NCBI GenBank assembly: GCA_964641405.1
Contig: CAZXLV010000003.1
Coordinates: forward strand, 1 to 32,970
Length of the DNA: 32,970 nucleotides
Direction: 5' to 3'
DNA from: an uncultured Limnobacter sp.
GTDB taxonomy: Bacteria; Pseudomonadota; Gammaproteobacteria; Burkholderiales; Burkholderiaceae_E
Part shown: piece after piece, positions 1-9,543 of the stretch
How the letters are laid out: each line of letters starts with the position of its first letter
Position numbering within the stretch: the stretch's first letter is position 1
Notes under the pieces: generated by a model
What the model was told of the DNA's origin: nothing
Seen by the model: the letters and a program-made list of their open reading frames with translations, nothing else
Database searches by the model: none
Program-made: the position numbers and the translations under genes

Positions 1-378
1 ATCGTGATTCTCGGCGTGCTGGCAGCGATTGCAGTGCCACGAATCATGAGCAAGCCCGATGAGGCCAGGGCGAAGGCGGCACAAACCGAGATTGCGCAGA
101 TCCTGCAGGCGCTGGATCTCTATCGCCTCGACAACCAGCGCTATCCCACGACCGACCAGGGCCTGGCGGCGCTGGCGCAGCGTCCGACGCTGGATCCCGT
201 GCCGGCCAACTGGAAAGCCTACCTGAAGCAGGCGCCGCTCGATCCCTGGGGCAAGCCGTACCAGTACCTGAACCCGGGCGTGCGCGGCGAGATCGATGTC
301 TTCAGTCTCGGCGCCGATGGCCAACCGGGCGGCGAGGGTGTCGCCGCCGACATCGGCAACTGGTCCCTGAACCGTTGA
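1..378 (+). CDS. gspG: Type II secretion major pseudopilin GspG (5'-truncated by window edge)
   Basis: Hydrophobic pilin helix ..ILGVLAAIAVP, then ALDLYRLDNQRYPTTDQGLAAL, DPWGKPYQY and SLGADGQPGGEG..DIGNW, all typical GspG motifs; frame open from base 1. Confidence 0.96.
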   Translation: MVILGVLAAIAVPRIMSKPDEARAKAAQTEIAQILQALDLYRLDNQRYPTTDQGLAALAQRPTLDPVPANWKAYLKQAPLDPWGKPYQYLNPGVRGEIDVFSLGADGQPGGEGVAADIGNWSLNR

Positions 379-434
379 AGCGGGGCGGGCGCGCCAGCGC
401 GCGCCGCCTGGCGGGACAGGCAGGAGTGGATCGG

Positions 435-893
435 GTGAACGGCGCGACTCCCACACACCAGGCAGGCTTCACGCTGCTCGAACTGCTGGTCGCGATGGTG
501 ATCGCGGGCGTGCTGGTGAGCATCGTGTCGCTGTCGATCGGCGGCTTCGATCGCAGCCTGCGGTTCGAAACCGAGCGCCTGGCCCAACTTCTCTCGCTCG
601 CGCGCGAAGAGGCACAGGTGCGCGGCGCACCGATCCGTTTCGAGGCCGATGCCGATCGCTTCGCGTTCTTCATCTGGCGCCAACAGCGCTGGCAGCCCCT
701 GCTCGATGACCGCGACCTGCGCGAACGACCGTGGTCAGGCCCGACGCGCCTGCAAGTCCAGCGCGCCGACGGTCGCAGCGAGATCGAGTTCGGCCGTGAC
801 CAGGTCGATACGCCGTTCGTTCTGCGCTTGCACCGCGACCAGGCCGATGCCGCGATCGTTGCCAACGGGCTCGGCACGTTCGAGGTGCAATGA
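435..893 (+). CDS. gspH: Type II secretion minor pseudopilin GspH
   Basis: Prepilin site QAG|FTLLELLVAMVI. Start placed at GTG 435 because AGGAG lies at 422-426; the ORF is open from TTG 375. Follows gspG. Confidence 0.88.
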   Translation: MNGATPTHQAGFTLLELLVAMVIAGVLVSIVSLSIGGFDRSLRFETERLAQLLSLAREEAQVRGAPIRFEADADRFAFFIWRQQRWQPLLDDRDLRERPWSGPTRLQVQRADGRSEIEFGRDQVDTPFVLRLHRDQADAAIVANGLGTFEVQ

Positions 894-1279
894 TGCGTCG
901 CACGCAGGGCTGCCGCGATGATGCACGCGGCTTCACGCTGATCGAGGTGCTGGTTGCCATGACCATCGCAGCGGTAGCGCTGATGGCTGCGATCCGGGCC
1001 ACCACCTCGCTGGCGGTGAACGCCGTCGACCTGCGCAGCCGGACGCTGGCGCAATGGAGCGCCGAGAACCGCTTGGCGCAGATCCGCATTGCGCGTGAGT
1101 GGCCGGATGCCGGACGCCGGCAGTTCGATTGCAGCCAGGCCAACGTGGCGCTGCTTTGCCGCGAAGATGTGTTCCAGACGCCGAATCCGCTGTTTCGCCG
1201 GGTCGAGATCGGCGTGTTCGTGGAAGACGGCAGCTTCCGCCTGGCGCGCCTGGTCGGATTTTCCACGAGGCTGCCTTGA
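890..1279 (+). CDS. gspI: Type II secretion minor pseudopilin GspI
   Basis: RG|FTLIEVLVAMTI, AQWSAENRLA and TPNPLFRRVEI; ATGA overlap with the gspH stop. Confidence 0.92.
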   Translation: MMRRTQGCRDDARGFTLIEVLVAMTIAAVALMAAIRATTSLAVNAVDLRSRTLAQWSAENRLAQIRIAREWPDAGRRQFDCSQANVALLCREDVFQTPNPLFRRVEIGVFVEDGSFRLARLVGFSTRLP

Positions 1280-1974
1280 GCGTCCCGCGTCGCGCGCGCG
1301 GCTTCACGCTGCTCGAACTGCTGGTGGCGTCGGCGCTGCTCGCGGTGCTCGCCGTGCTCAGTTGGCGCGGCATGGACTCGGTGTTGCAGGGGCGAGAGCG
1401 CATCGTGTCGGTCTCCGACGACCTGCGCGCGATGACGGTGACACTGGCGCAGATGGAAGAGGACCTGCGCCGTTCCTGGCCGATCCGGCTGCTCGGGCTG
1501 CCGGATGCACCGATCGCGTTTTCACCCGGCAGCGATCGCGATCCGCCGGCAATGGCCTTGCTGCGCGAGATGCGTGGCGCCGATGCAGTGCAGGTCCAGC
1601 GCGTGGTGTATCGCCTGCGCGACGGGGTGTTCGAGCGCGGCTTCAGCGTCTGGGCGGCCCCCTCGCCCGACGGCGCCAGCCAGGTGCCGCCCACGCCGTT
1701 CACCTGGCAGCCGCTGCTGCCACAGGTGCAATCGGTACAGTTTCGGGGCTGGCTGCAGGGGCGCGGCTGGATGCCTGCCAGCACCCTGTCGCAGGTCAAT
1801 GCCGCAGCGCAGGCCGCCGGTGGGCAGGCAGCGCTGCGCGCCCCGACGGCGGGAGGTGTGGGCGCGGCCGCCGCCGACACACCGCGCACGGTCTTGCCGG
1901 CAATCACCGGCATCGAAGTGACGCTGGTGCGTCACGGCGAGCGCATCGTGCGCGTGTTCGCAGTGACCGACTGA
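1276..1974 (+). CDS. gspJ: Type II secretion minor pseudopilin GspJ
   Basis: RG|FTLLELLVASALLAVLAVLSWRGMDSV and VQRVVYRLRDG. TTG start overlaps the gspI TGA (TTGA); the ORF-track start at 1099 is an upstream extension. Confidence 0.9.
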   Translation: MSVPRRARGFTLLELLVASALLAVLAVLSWRGMDSVLQGRERIVSVSDDLRAMTVTLAQMEEDLRRSWPIRLLGLPDAPIAFSPGSDRDPPAMALLREMRGADAVQVQRVVYRLRDGVFERGFSVWAAPSPDGASQVPPTPFTWQPLLPQVQSVQFRGWLQGRGWMPASTLSQVNAAAQAAGGQAALRAPTAGGVGAAAADTPRTVLPAITGIEVTLVRHGERIVRVFAVTD

Positions 1975-2951
1975 TGATGCGCACCCGGCCCGCAGCGAGG
2001 CAATCGGGGGTGGCGATCATCAGCGTGCTGCTGGTCGTCACGCTGGCCACGCTGGTCGTCAGTGGCCTGTTCTGGCGCGAGCACGTCACCGTGCGCTCGG
2101 TGCAGAATCGACTCGCCCTCGCGCAGGTGCGCTGGATCGAGACAGCCGTGCTGGACTGGGCCTCGGTGGTACTGAGAGTCGACCAGGCCAGCACCGGTGC
2201 GGTCGATCACCTGTCGGAGTTGTGGGCCACGCCGGTGGCGGAAACGGTGCTCGACGAGACGGTGACCGGGGGCGCGCGCCTGTCCGACAGCGCCAACGAG
2301 GCGCGCCTGGCCGGGCAGGTGTTCGATGCGCAGGCCCGCCTGAACCTGAACAACCTGGTGCTCGACGGCTTGCCGTCGGGCACCCATCGCGAGGTGTTCG
2401 AGCGACTGCTTGCCATCCTGGGGCGTCCGGAGAGCCTGGCGGCGCAATTGCAGGCGAGGCTGCTGCGCGCCTATCCGCCGCTGCTGGGCGGGCGCCGCGC
2501 CACTGCCTCGGCGCTGCCCCTGCTGAAGCTGGCCGACTTGCGCACCGTGCCGGGATTCGACGAGACCACCATTTCCCTGCTGGAACCGTTCGTCGCCTTC
2601 CTGCCCAAGCGCGTACGGAGCGGATCGGTCGAGGTCGGCACCGAGAATTCGAAGATCAACCTGAATACGGCTCCGCCCGAGGTGCTGGCAGCGGCGATTG
2701 CCACCATCGACCTGCAGACCGCCCGTCGGTTCGTCGAGGGCGCGCGTCGCCGCACCTTCTTTGCCAGCCTCGATGTCGCGCGTTCGCGCTTCGACGGCTC
2801 GCCGGAGCTTCCGGTCAACCTGCTGTCTGTCGGATCGGACTTCTTCTTCGTGAAGGGGGTGGTACGCTTCGACCGGGTCGAATCGCACAGCGAAGCCCTG
2901 CTATATCGCGGCGCCAATCGCGTAGAACTCATATGGCAACACAGATACTGA
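1974..2951 (+). CDS. gspK: Type II secretion minor pseudopilin GspK
   Basis: QSG|VAIISVLLVV (no Glu+5, as expected for GspK), DHLSELWA, DAQARLNLNNL and KINLNTAPPEVLAA; ATG overlaps the gspJ TGA. Confidence 0.92.
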   Translation: MMRTRPAARQSGVAIISVLLVVTLATLVVSGLFWREHVTVRSVQNRLALAQVRWIETAVLDWASVVLRVDQASTGAVDHLSELWATPVAETVLDETVTGGARLSDSANEARLAGQVFDAQARLNLNNLVLDGLPSGTHREVFERLLAILGRPESLAAQLQARLLRAYPPLLGGRRATASALPLLKLADLRTVPGFDETTISLLEPFVAFLPKRVRSGSVEVGTENSKINLNTAPPEVLAAAIATIDLQTARRFVEGARRRTFFASLDVARSRFDGSPELPVNLLSVGSDFFFVKGVVRFDRVESHSEALLYRGANRVELIWQHRY

Positions 2952-4351
2952 GGAAAGGCCAGGCGATCGTCTGGGTGCCGCCGCGCGCGATCGGCGAACG
3001 GGCCTTTGCCACCGAGCCGTCGCTGCTCGCGATGCTGCCCCTGACAGTGTCGGAAAAAGTCGGCGGCGGCGCCAATCCCGGCGGTGTGCCGGTGACGGTA
3101 TTCGGCAGTGCCAGCACCGCGCGCTACGTCCGGGTAAGCCTCGACGCACTGCCAGCCCTGAGCAGCGCCACCCTGGTGTTCGATGCGCGCGACGTCAACC
3201 TGCTGCAGGCAGTGGTGCCGCCGCTGTCGGGTGCACGCCTGCAACAGGCGCTGCCGAACGTCGTCGAAGAACTCCTGTTGCAGGATGCGAACAGTTGCGC
3301 CTTTGCGCTCGGCCCACGGGTGGGTGGCGATGCCAGGCTGATCGCGGCGATCGACCGCGCCTGGCTCGAGTTCGTGGTCGGTGCGTTCGAGCGGCGCGGC
3401 GTTCGCGTGCAGGCGGCCTGGCCGGCGCAACTCGCCTTGCCGGTGGGCGCCAATCGCACCGCGCTAGCGTGCATCCATGACGGCCTGGCGCTGCGCAGCG
3501 GCCTGCTCGAAGGGATCGGCTGGAGCGCGTCGGCGGATCCCGACGGGCGCACCGAAGCGATCGTCGCCTTGATGGCCAACGCCGGTCGCTTGCCCGCGCC
3601 AACCGAACTGGTCGAGGCCCCCGCGCCGCTGGCCGTCAGTGCCGGCAAGGGCCAGGCTTCGAGCGGCCTGGCGGCGCGTGAGCTGCCTGCCGAATCGCCG
3701 CGCCTGCGCCGGCGACTGGCGGTGTTCGTCGAGGATGCCTCGTGGCAGGCGCCGGTACTGAAGGCGGCTGCACGCGCCGGTTTCGAGGCCGACATCCGCG
3801 CGCTGCCGTTTCCGCTGCCGGCGCCACTGGACTTGCTGGCAGCGCGCCAGGGCAGTGCCGCACAGCGCTGGTTTGCCGACGTCGACTGGTATGCCTGGCG
3901 CCGGCCGGCCGGCCTGGCGGCCGCCAGCGTTGCGGTGGCGCTGCTCGGGCTGAACCTGCACTGGGGCATGCTGGCCCAGGAACGCGACCAGTTGAAGGCG
4001 CAGATCGCCGGCACTTACCGGCAGGCCTTTCCCGGCAACCAGGCACTGGTCGACCCGCTGTTGCAGATGCGCCGCCAGGTCGCCGGCTTGCGCACCAGCG
4101 CCGGACAGGCCGGCCCCGACGACTTCGTGCCCCTGCTGGCGCGCTTTGCCCAGGCGCTGGGTGGCCAGGTCAACGACTCGCTGGGCGGGGTCGAGTTTCG
4201 GGAGGGCAAGCTGCGTGTGCGTTTCCAGCCGGGGTTCTACGAAGCGCGCTCGGTTCGTGACCTGCTGGTCAGCGCGGGACAACGGTTGGGGCTGTCGGTG
4301 AAATTCGACAGCGAGCGCGAGCCGACCGCCACCGTGGCACTGGCGCACTGA
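2933..4351 (+). CDS. gspL: Type II secretion inner-membrane platform protein GspL
   Basis: Cytoplasmic domain (PPLSGARLQQALPNVVEELLLQD), one TM segment (AAASVAVALLGLNLHW) and periplasmic YRQAFP...VDPLLQMRRQ; position between gspK and gspM; ATG at 2933. Confidence 0.87.
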   Translation: MATQILRKGQAIVWVPPRAIGERAFATEPSLLAMLPLTVSEKVGGGANPGGVPVTVFGSASTARYVRVSLDALPALSSATLVFDARDVNLLQAVVPPLSGARLQQALPNVVEELLLQDANSCAFALGPRVGGDARLIAAIDRAWLEFVVGAFERRGVRVQAAWPAQLALPVGANRTALACIHDGLALRSGLLEGIGWSASADPDGRTEAIVALMANAGRLPAPTELVEAPAPLAVSAGKGQASSGLAARELPAESPRLRRRLAVFVEDASWQAPVLKAAARAGFEADIRALPFPLPAPLDLLAARQGSAAQRWFADVDWYAWRRPAGLAAASVAVALLGLNLHWGMLAQERDQLKAQIAGTYRQAFPGNQALVDPLLQMRRQVAGLRTSAGQAGPDDFVPLLARFAQALGGQVNDSLGGVEFREGKLRVRFQPGFYEARSVRDLLVSAGQRLGLSVKFDSEREPTATVALAH

Positions 4352-4354
4352 GCG

Positions 4355-4864
4355 ATGATCGAGACTCTGCTGATTCGCTGGCGAATGCTCAGTGCGCGCG
4401 AGCGCCGCATCCTGATCGGGGGGGTGGCGCTGCTGTCCGCCGTGCTGGTGTGGCTGTTGTTGTTCGAACCCGCCTCGGCAGGGCGCCAGCGCTTGCGCGC
4501 CGAACTGCCGGAGCTGCGCAGCCAGCTGGCACAGATGGAGCAACTCGGCAGCGAGGCGCGCCAACTCGGTGCGGTGCCGGTCGGCAGTGATTCGGCGCAG
4601 GCGATCCAGGAACAATTGCAGCAATCGATTGCCAGCGCCGGACTCGCCCAGGGGCTGGCCAAGCTCTCGCATGGCAGCGGCCTGTTCGACCTGCAGTTCA
4701 AGAGCGTGCCTTACGCCGCCTGGCTTGCCTGGCTGGATTCGGCCGTGCGCGAGACGCGACTGCGCGTGGTCGATGCAGCGGTCACGCGCGAGGCGGGAGT
4801 CGGCATCGTGTCGGCCCGCCTTGCCCTCGAGTTGCCGCACGAGCGAGCCGCCCGGAGACCCTGA
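4355..4864 (+). CDS. gspM: Type II secretion protein GspM
   Basis: W..LSARERRIL followed by one TM, a coiled coil and the C-terminal VPYAAWLAWL motif; follows gspL. Confidence 0.9.
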   Translation: MIETLLIRWRMLSARERRILIGGVALLSAVLVWLLLFEPASAGRQRLRAELPELRSQLAQMEQLGSEARQLGAVPVGSDSAQAIQEQLQQSIASAGLAQGLAKLSHGSGLFDLQFKSVPYAAWLAWLDSAVRETRLRVVDAAVTREAGVGIVSARLALELPHERAARRP

Positions 4865-5649
4865 TGAGGAAGGCTGCGGCGCGATCGCTGTGGTACCTGC
4901 TGGCCGGACTGGTCGGGGCCGCGCTCGCGGTGCTGGTGGCTGCGCCGGCCAGCTTCGTGGACCGCGGGCTTGCCGATGCCAGTGCCGGGCGTGTGCGCCT
5001 GGCCGAGGCGCAGGGATCGATCTGGAACGGATCGGGCCGCCTGGTGCTGGTCGATGTCGGCGCGCAGATCGATCAGCAGCGTTCGATTGCCGGCGTTGCC
5101 ATTCCCGGGCGCATCAGCTGGAACCTGCACACCTGGCCGTTGCTGCTTGGCCAGGTCGACGCCGCCATCCACGTCGAGGGCATGGCGCAACCGGTGCGCG
5201 TGCGCGGCGGCTATGGCGAGTTGCGCGTCAGCGGCGGCTCGCTGACACTGCCGTCGGTCGATCTCGGACGGCTGGGGTCGCCATGGAATACCATCCGTCC
5301 CTCGGGTGCGCTCGGCCTGCGTTGGGAAAACCTCGTCCTGAAGCTCGGCGCAATCGAGGGCCGCGCACAGATCGAGCTGCGCGACGCTGCCTCGGCGATG
5401 ACGCCGGTGCGTCCGCTGGGCAGCTACCGCGTCGAGGTGGTCGGCCAGGGCCGCCAGGCCGAACTGAGCATCCTGACGCTGGCCGGACCGCTACGCTTGC
5501 AGGGCAGCGGCAGCTTCAGTGCACAGGGCGGGCTGCGCTTCACGGCCGAGGCGAGCGCCGAGGCAGCGGAGCGGGCGCGCCTGCAGTCGTTCCTGGGCCT
5601 GATCGGGCGACGTGACGGCGAGCGGACGATCATCAAGATAGGGGCGTAA
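4864..5649 (+). CDS. gspN: Type II secretion protein GspN
   Basis: N-terminal TM, APAS, AQGSIWNGSG, LGSPWNTIRPSG and VRPLGSYR motifs; TGATG coupling to gspM. Confidence 0.88.
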   Translation: MRKAAARSLWYLLAGLVGAALAVLVAAPASFVDRGLADASAGRVRLAEAQGSIWNGSGRLVLVDVGAQIDQQRSIAGVAIPGRISWNLHTWPLLLGQVDAAIHVEGMAQPVRVRGGYGELRVSGGSLTLPSVDLGRLGSPWNTIRPSGALGLRWENLVLKLGAIEGRAQIELRDAASAMTPVRPLGSYRVEVVGQGRQAELSILTLAGPLRLQGSGSFSAQGGLRFTAEASAEAAERARLQSFLGLIGRRDGERTIIKIGA

Positions 5650-8084
5650 TGGTGCCAAGCGATCACAGGCCAGGGCCTGCGCCGGGATCGGACCAGCGAA
5701 CAGCGCGCGGGCGAAGGCTGTGGCGCGCGATCCGCAACCCGATGCGACGCTGCGTGCATCGCGGCCTGCTCGCGGCGATGGCGATCGCACTGGTGCTGGC
5801 CGGCACGACGGCGCCTGCGCAAACGGGCGCGGCGCGTGGTGCCGCGGCGTCGCCGGGCACTGACACGATCACGCTGAACTTCCGCGATGCCGACATCGAC
5901 TCGGTGGTGGGCGCTTTCGGACACCTGCTCGATCGCACCTTCGTGATCGATCCGCGCGTGCGCGGCAAGATGACGCTGGAGACGCCGCGACCGGTCACGC
6001 GCGCACAGGCCTGGCAGTTGCTGCAGGCGGCCCTGCGCGCGCAGGGCTTCGCGGTAGTGGAGACCGGCACCTTGATCAAGGTAGTGCCCGAGGCCGACGC
6101 CAAGCTGCAGGCCACGCCGGTGACGGCCGGGCGCTCGCCGTCGGCGGCCGGCGACCAGGTGGTGACGCAGATCTTCCGGCTCAACTACGAATCGGCGACC
6201 AACCTCGTCCCGGTGCTGCGGCCGCTGATTTCACCCAACAACACCATCGTGGCGTACCCCAACAACAACTCGCTGGTGGTGACCGACTACGCGGCCAACC
6301 TGCAGCGCATCGCACGCATCATCGCGACGCTCGACAGCCCCTCCACCGGCGAAGTCGAGGTGATTCCGGTGGAAAATGCCGTGGCGACCGACATCGCGGT
6401 GGCCGTGGCGCGCATCCTCGAGGACCCGTCGCGCGGCGGACCCGGCGCGCAGGTCGATGCCGGCCAGCGGGTGAGCGTGATGGCCGATCCGCGCATCAAT
6501 TCGATTCTCGTGCGCGCGTCCAGTCCGGCTCGCCTGAACCTGGCCAAGAGCCTGATTGCGCGGCTCGATGTGCCCAGTGCGCGTCCGGGCAACATCAACG
6601 TGGTGTATCTGCGCAATGCCGAGGCCGTGAAGCTGGCGCAAACGCTGCGCGGCGTGCTCGGCGGCCAGGGCGGTTTCGGCGGCGCGGCAGAGCCCCTGGG
6701 CAGCGCGCAAACGCCGCCCGGTCAGGCTCCGCAGGGCTCGGCGCTGCAACCGGGCGCCCCCGGCGGTGCGCAGATGCAGAGTGCCGCCGCCACGCCGCTG
6801 CAGGCATCGAGCAACGCGCCCGTCACCGTCCAGGCGGGCGGAGCGATCATCGCTGCCGATCCGTCGACCAATTCGCTGATCATCACCGCACCCGAACCGG
6901 TATACCGGAACCTGCGCGCCGTCATCGACAAGCTGGATGCGCGGCGCGCGCAGGTGTACATCGAGTCGCTGATCGTCGAGATCAGTGCCGACAGGGCCGC
7001 CGAACTCGGCGTGCAGTGGCAGTTCCTCGGCTCCCCGCAAGGCACCACCCGCGGCTTCGGCGGCACCAACCTGTCGGCGCGCGGCAGCGGCGCCAACATC
7101 CTCGACGTGGCAGCCAACCCGGCTTCGGTCGGTCCCGGCCTGAACCTGGGCGTGGTACGCGGCACGATCAAGGTGCCTGGCGTGGGCGAGATCCTGAACC
7201 TGGGTTTTCTCGCGCGCGCACTCGAAAGCGACGCCAACGCCAACATTCTCGCCACGCCCAACCTGCTTACGCTGGACAACGAGGAGGCGCGCATCATCAT
7301 CGGCCAGAACGTGCCCTTCATCACCGGGCAGTACTCGACGAACGCGACCACTGGCGCCTCGCTCAACGCGTTCCAGACCATCGAGCGCAAGGACGTCGGC
7401 ACGACGCTGCGCGTCAAGCCGCAGGTCTCCGAGTCGGGCACGGTCAAGCTGCAGATCTTCCAGGAGGTCTCCAGCGTGCAGAACACCACGCTGGCGGCGG
7501 GGATCATCACCAACCGGCGCGCCATCGAATCCAACGTGCTGGTCGACGACGGCCAGATCATCGTGCTCGGCGGACTGATCGAGGATCGCATCGAGGGCAG
7601 CGTCGACAAGGTGCCCGGCCTGGGCGACGTGCCGGTGTTCGGCCAGTTGTTCCGCTACGACTCGCGCAAGCGCACCAAGACGAACCTGCTGGTGTTCCTG
7701 CGCCCGGTGATCGTTCGCGACGGAGCCGATGCGCGCGGCATCACCGCCGATCGCTACGACTACATCCGGGCGGTGCGTGGCGATGCGGCGCTGCCGCCGC
7801 ACTGGGCCTTGCCGGACTTCAAGGCGACGCCGCTGCCGGAGATGTCGGCGCCACTGCGGCAGGGCGCAGGTGCGGGAACGCCGCCCGCGAGTTCGCGCGG
7901 CGACGCGCCGGCGCCCGCCGTGCCGGGGCTGGCGGGGTCGCCGTCCGGGGCGCCGGCGCCAGCATCCCAGCCGCCGGCACCGGTGTCGAACTCGCGCCCG
8001 AGCACGGTGATCCAGACCGCGCCGAACGAGGTGGTGGTGCCGCTGCGCCCGGGCACCTCCCTCGTGCAGCCGGCTGCCGACTGA
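5649..8084 (+). CDS. gspD: Type II secretion secretin GspD
   Basis: ITLNFRDADIDSVV..IDPRVRGKMT (N0), repeated N domains, and secretin core ILATPNLLTLDNEEA..IERKDVGTTLRVKPQ..KVPGLGDVPVFGQLFR. The true start may be later (5742 or 5778). Confidence 0.96.
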   Translation: MVPSDHRPGPAPGSDQRTARGRRLWRAIRNPMRRCVHRGLLAAMAIALVLAGTTAPAQTGAARGAAASPGTDTITLNFRDADIDSVVGAFGHLLDRTFVIDPRVRGKMTLETPRPVTRAQAWQLLQAALRAQGFAVVETGTLIKVVPEADAKLQATPVTAGRSPSAAGDQVVTQIFRLNYESATNLVPVLRPLISPNNTIVAYPNNNSLVVTDYAANLQRIARIIATLDSPSTGEVEVIPVENAVATDIAVAVARILEDPSRGGPGAQVDAGQRVSVMADPRINSILVRASSPARLNLAKSLIARLDVPSARPGNINVVYLRNAEAVKLAQTLRGVLGGQGGFGGAAEPLGSAQTPPGQAPQGSALQPGAPGGAQMQSAAATPLQASSNAPVTVQAGGAIIAADPSTNSLIITAPEPVYRNLRAVIDKLDARRAQVYIESLIVEISADRAAELGVQWQFLGSPQGTTRGFGGTNLSARGSGANILDVAANPASVGPGLNLGVVRGTIKVPGVGEILNLGFLARALESDANANILATPNLLTLDNEEARIIIGQNVPFITGQYSTNATTGASLNAFQTIERKDVGTTLRVKPQVSESGTVKLQIFQEVSSVQNTTLAAGIITNRRAIESNVLVDDGQIIVLGGLIEDRIEGSVDKVPGLGDVPVFGQLFRYDSRKRTKTNLLVFLRPVIVRDGADARGITADRYDYIRAVRGDAALPPHWALPDFKATPLPEMSAPLRQGAGAGTPPASSRGDAPAPAVPGLAGSPSGAPAPASQPPAPVSNSRPSTVIQTAPNEVVVPLRPGTSLVQPAAD

Positions 8085-8095
8085 ACCCGCCCGAC

Positions 8096-9535
8096 ATGGC
8101 CATCGTCTCGCCGGCACGCTACGTTCCGTACGGCTTTGCGCGTACCCACCAGGTGCTGGTGGCGGGCGTCTCCGGTGACGCAGTGGAGGTGTGGATCTGC
8201 GATCGCACGCCGCGCCAGGCGCTGGCCGAGATCTCGCGAATCCTGCCGTTGCGACTGATCACCGTGCACAAGCCCGAGGCCGAACTGGGCACGGCGATCT
8301 CGCGCGCGTACTCGCAGCAGGAAGGCTCGGCAGCGTCGGTGGTCGACGAGGTCGAAAGCGATCTCGATCTGTCGCGCCTGCTGCAGGACATCCCGAAGAT
8401 CGAGGACCTGCTGGAAGCCGAGGACGATGCGCCGATCATCCGCATGATCAATGCGCTGCTCACGCAGGCGAGCCGCGACGGTGCCTCCGACATCCACGTC
8501 GAACCCTTCGAGAGTTCGTCGCTGGTGCGCTTCCGGATCGACGGCACGCTGCGCGACGTGGTGCGTCCGCGCCGCGAACTGCATGCGGCGCTGGTGTCGC
8601 GCATCAAGATCATGGCGCAGCTCGACATTGCCGAGAAGCGGCTGCCGCAGGATGGACGCATCACCCTGCGCATCGGCGGGCGTCCGATGGACGTGCGGGT
8701 CTCGACCTTGCCCACCGGGCACGGCGAGCGGGTGGTGTTGCGCCTGCTCGACAAGGAGGCGGGCCGCCTCGACCTGACGAAGCTCGGGCTGAGCGCCGAT
8801 TCGCTGGCTGCCTTCGATCGCCTGGTGCGCCAGCCGCACGGCATCGTGCTCGTCACCGGGCCCACCGGCTCGGGCAAGACCACGACGCTGTACGCCGCGC
8901 TGGGGCGGCTCGACTCGACCACCACCAACATCCTCACCGTCGAAGACCCGATCGAATACGATCTCGATGGCATCGGCCAGACGCAGGTCAATGCGCGCAT
9001 CGACATGAGCTTCGCCAAGGCGCTGCGCTCGATCCTGCGCCAGGACCCGGACGTGGTCATGATCGGCGAGATCCGCGATCTCGAAACGGCGCAGATCGCG
9101 GTGCAGGCTTCGCTCACCGGACACCTGGTGCTGGCCACGCTGCACACCAACGACGCGGTCTCGGCGGTCACGCGGCTGATCGACATGGGCATCGAGCCGT
9201 TCCTGCTGTCCTCGTCGCTGCTGGGCGTGCTCGCCCAGCGCCTGGTGCGCAAGCTGTGCCTGCAGTGCCGACAGCCCGATCCGCTCACCGGCGGCTGGCG
9301 TGCGGTCGGCTGCCTGGCCTGCAACCGTACCGGCTTCCAGGGGCGCACCGGCATCTACGAACTGTTCGTGGTCGACGATGCCTGCCGTGGCCTGATCCAT
9401 CGCAATGCTGCCGAAGGCGAGATCCGCGCCGCCGCGCTGCGCACCGGCATGCGCACCATGCGCGACGATGGACAACGCTGGATCGACGCCGGCGTGACCG
9501 CGGCCGACGAAGTGGTGCGCGTCACGCGCGACTGA
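8096..9535 (+). CDS. gspE: Type II secretion ATPase GspE
   Basis: ASDIHVEP, Walker A GPTGSGKT, TVEDPIEY, LRQDPDVVMIGEIRD, His box TGHLVLATLHTN, Zn motif CLQC..CLAC; ATG at 8096. Confidence 0.97.
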   Translation: MAIVSPARYVPYGFARTHQVLVAGVSGDAVEVWICDRTPRQALAEISRILPLRLITVHKPEAELGTAISRAYSQQEGSAASVVDEVESDLDLSRLLQDIPKIEDLLEAEDDAPIIRMINALLTQASRDGASDIHVEPFESSSLVRFRIDGTLRDVVRPRRELHAALVSRIKIMAQLDIAEKRLPQDGRITLRIGGRPMDVRVSTLPTGHGERVVLRLLDKEAGRLDLTKLGLSADSLAAFDRLVRQPHGIVLVTGPTGSGKTTTLYAALGRLDSTTTNILTVEDPIEYDLDGIGQTQVNARIDMSFAKALRSILRQDPDVVMIGEIRDLETAQIAVQASLTGHLVLATLHTNDAVSAVTRLIDMGIEPFLLSSSLLGVLAQRLVRKLCLQCRQPDPLTGGWRAVGCLACNRTGFQGRTGIYELFVVDDACRGLIHRNAAEGEIRAAALRTGMRTMRDDGQRWIDAGVTAADEVVRVTRD

Positions 9536-9543
9536 GCCAAGCC

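Noticed and set aside
4349-4357. In-frame TGA-GCG-ATG at gspL/gspM and TGA-ATG at yejE/yejF (22331-22336) as readthrough sites
   Set aside because: Ordinary operon packing, and both partners are complete canonical proteins. They serve as a caution for the selD junction hypothesis.
1089-9535. Apparent long N-terminal extensions or fusions in the ORF track (1089-2951, 2222-4351, 7016-9535, 8191-10758; also 26901-28709, 27213-28652, 30733-31734)
   Set aside because: The upstream parts are off-frame or antisense translations of neighbouring genes; the real starts are marked by RBSs or stop/start overlaps.
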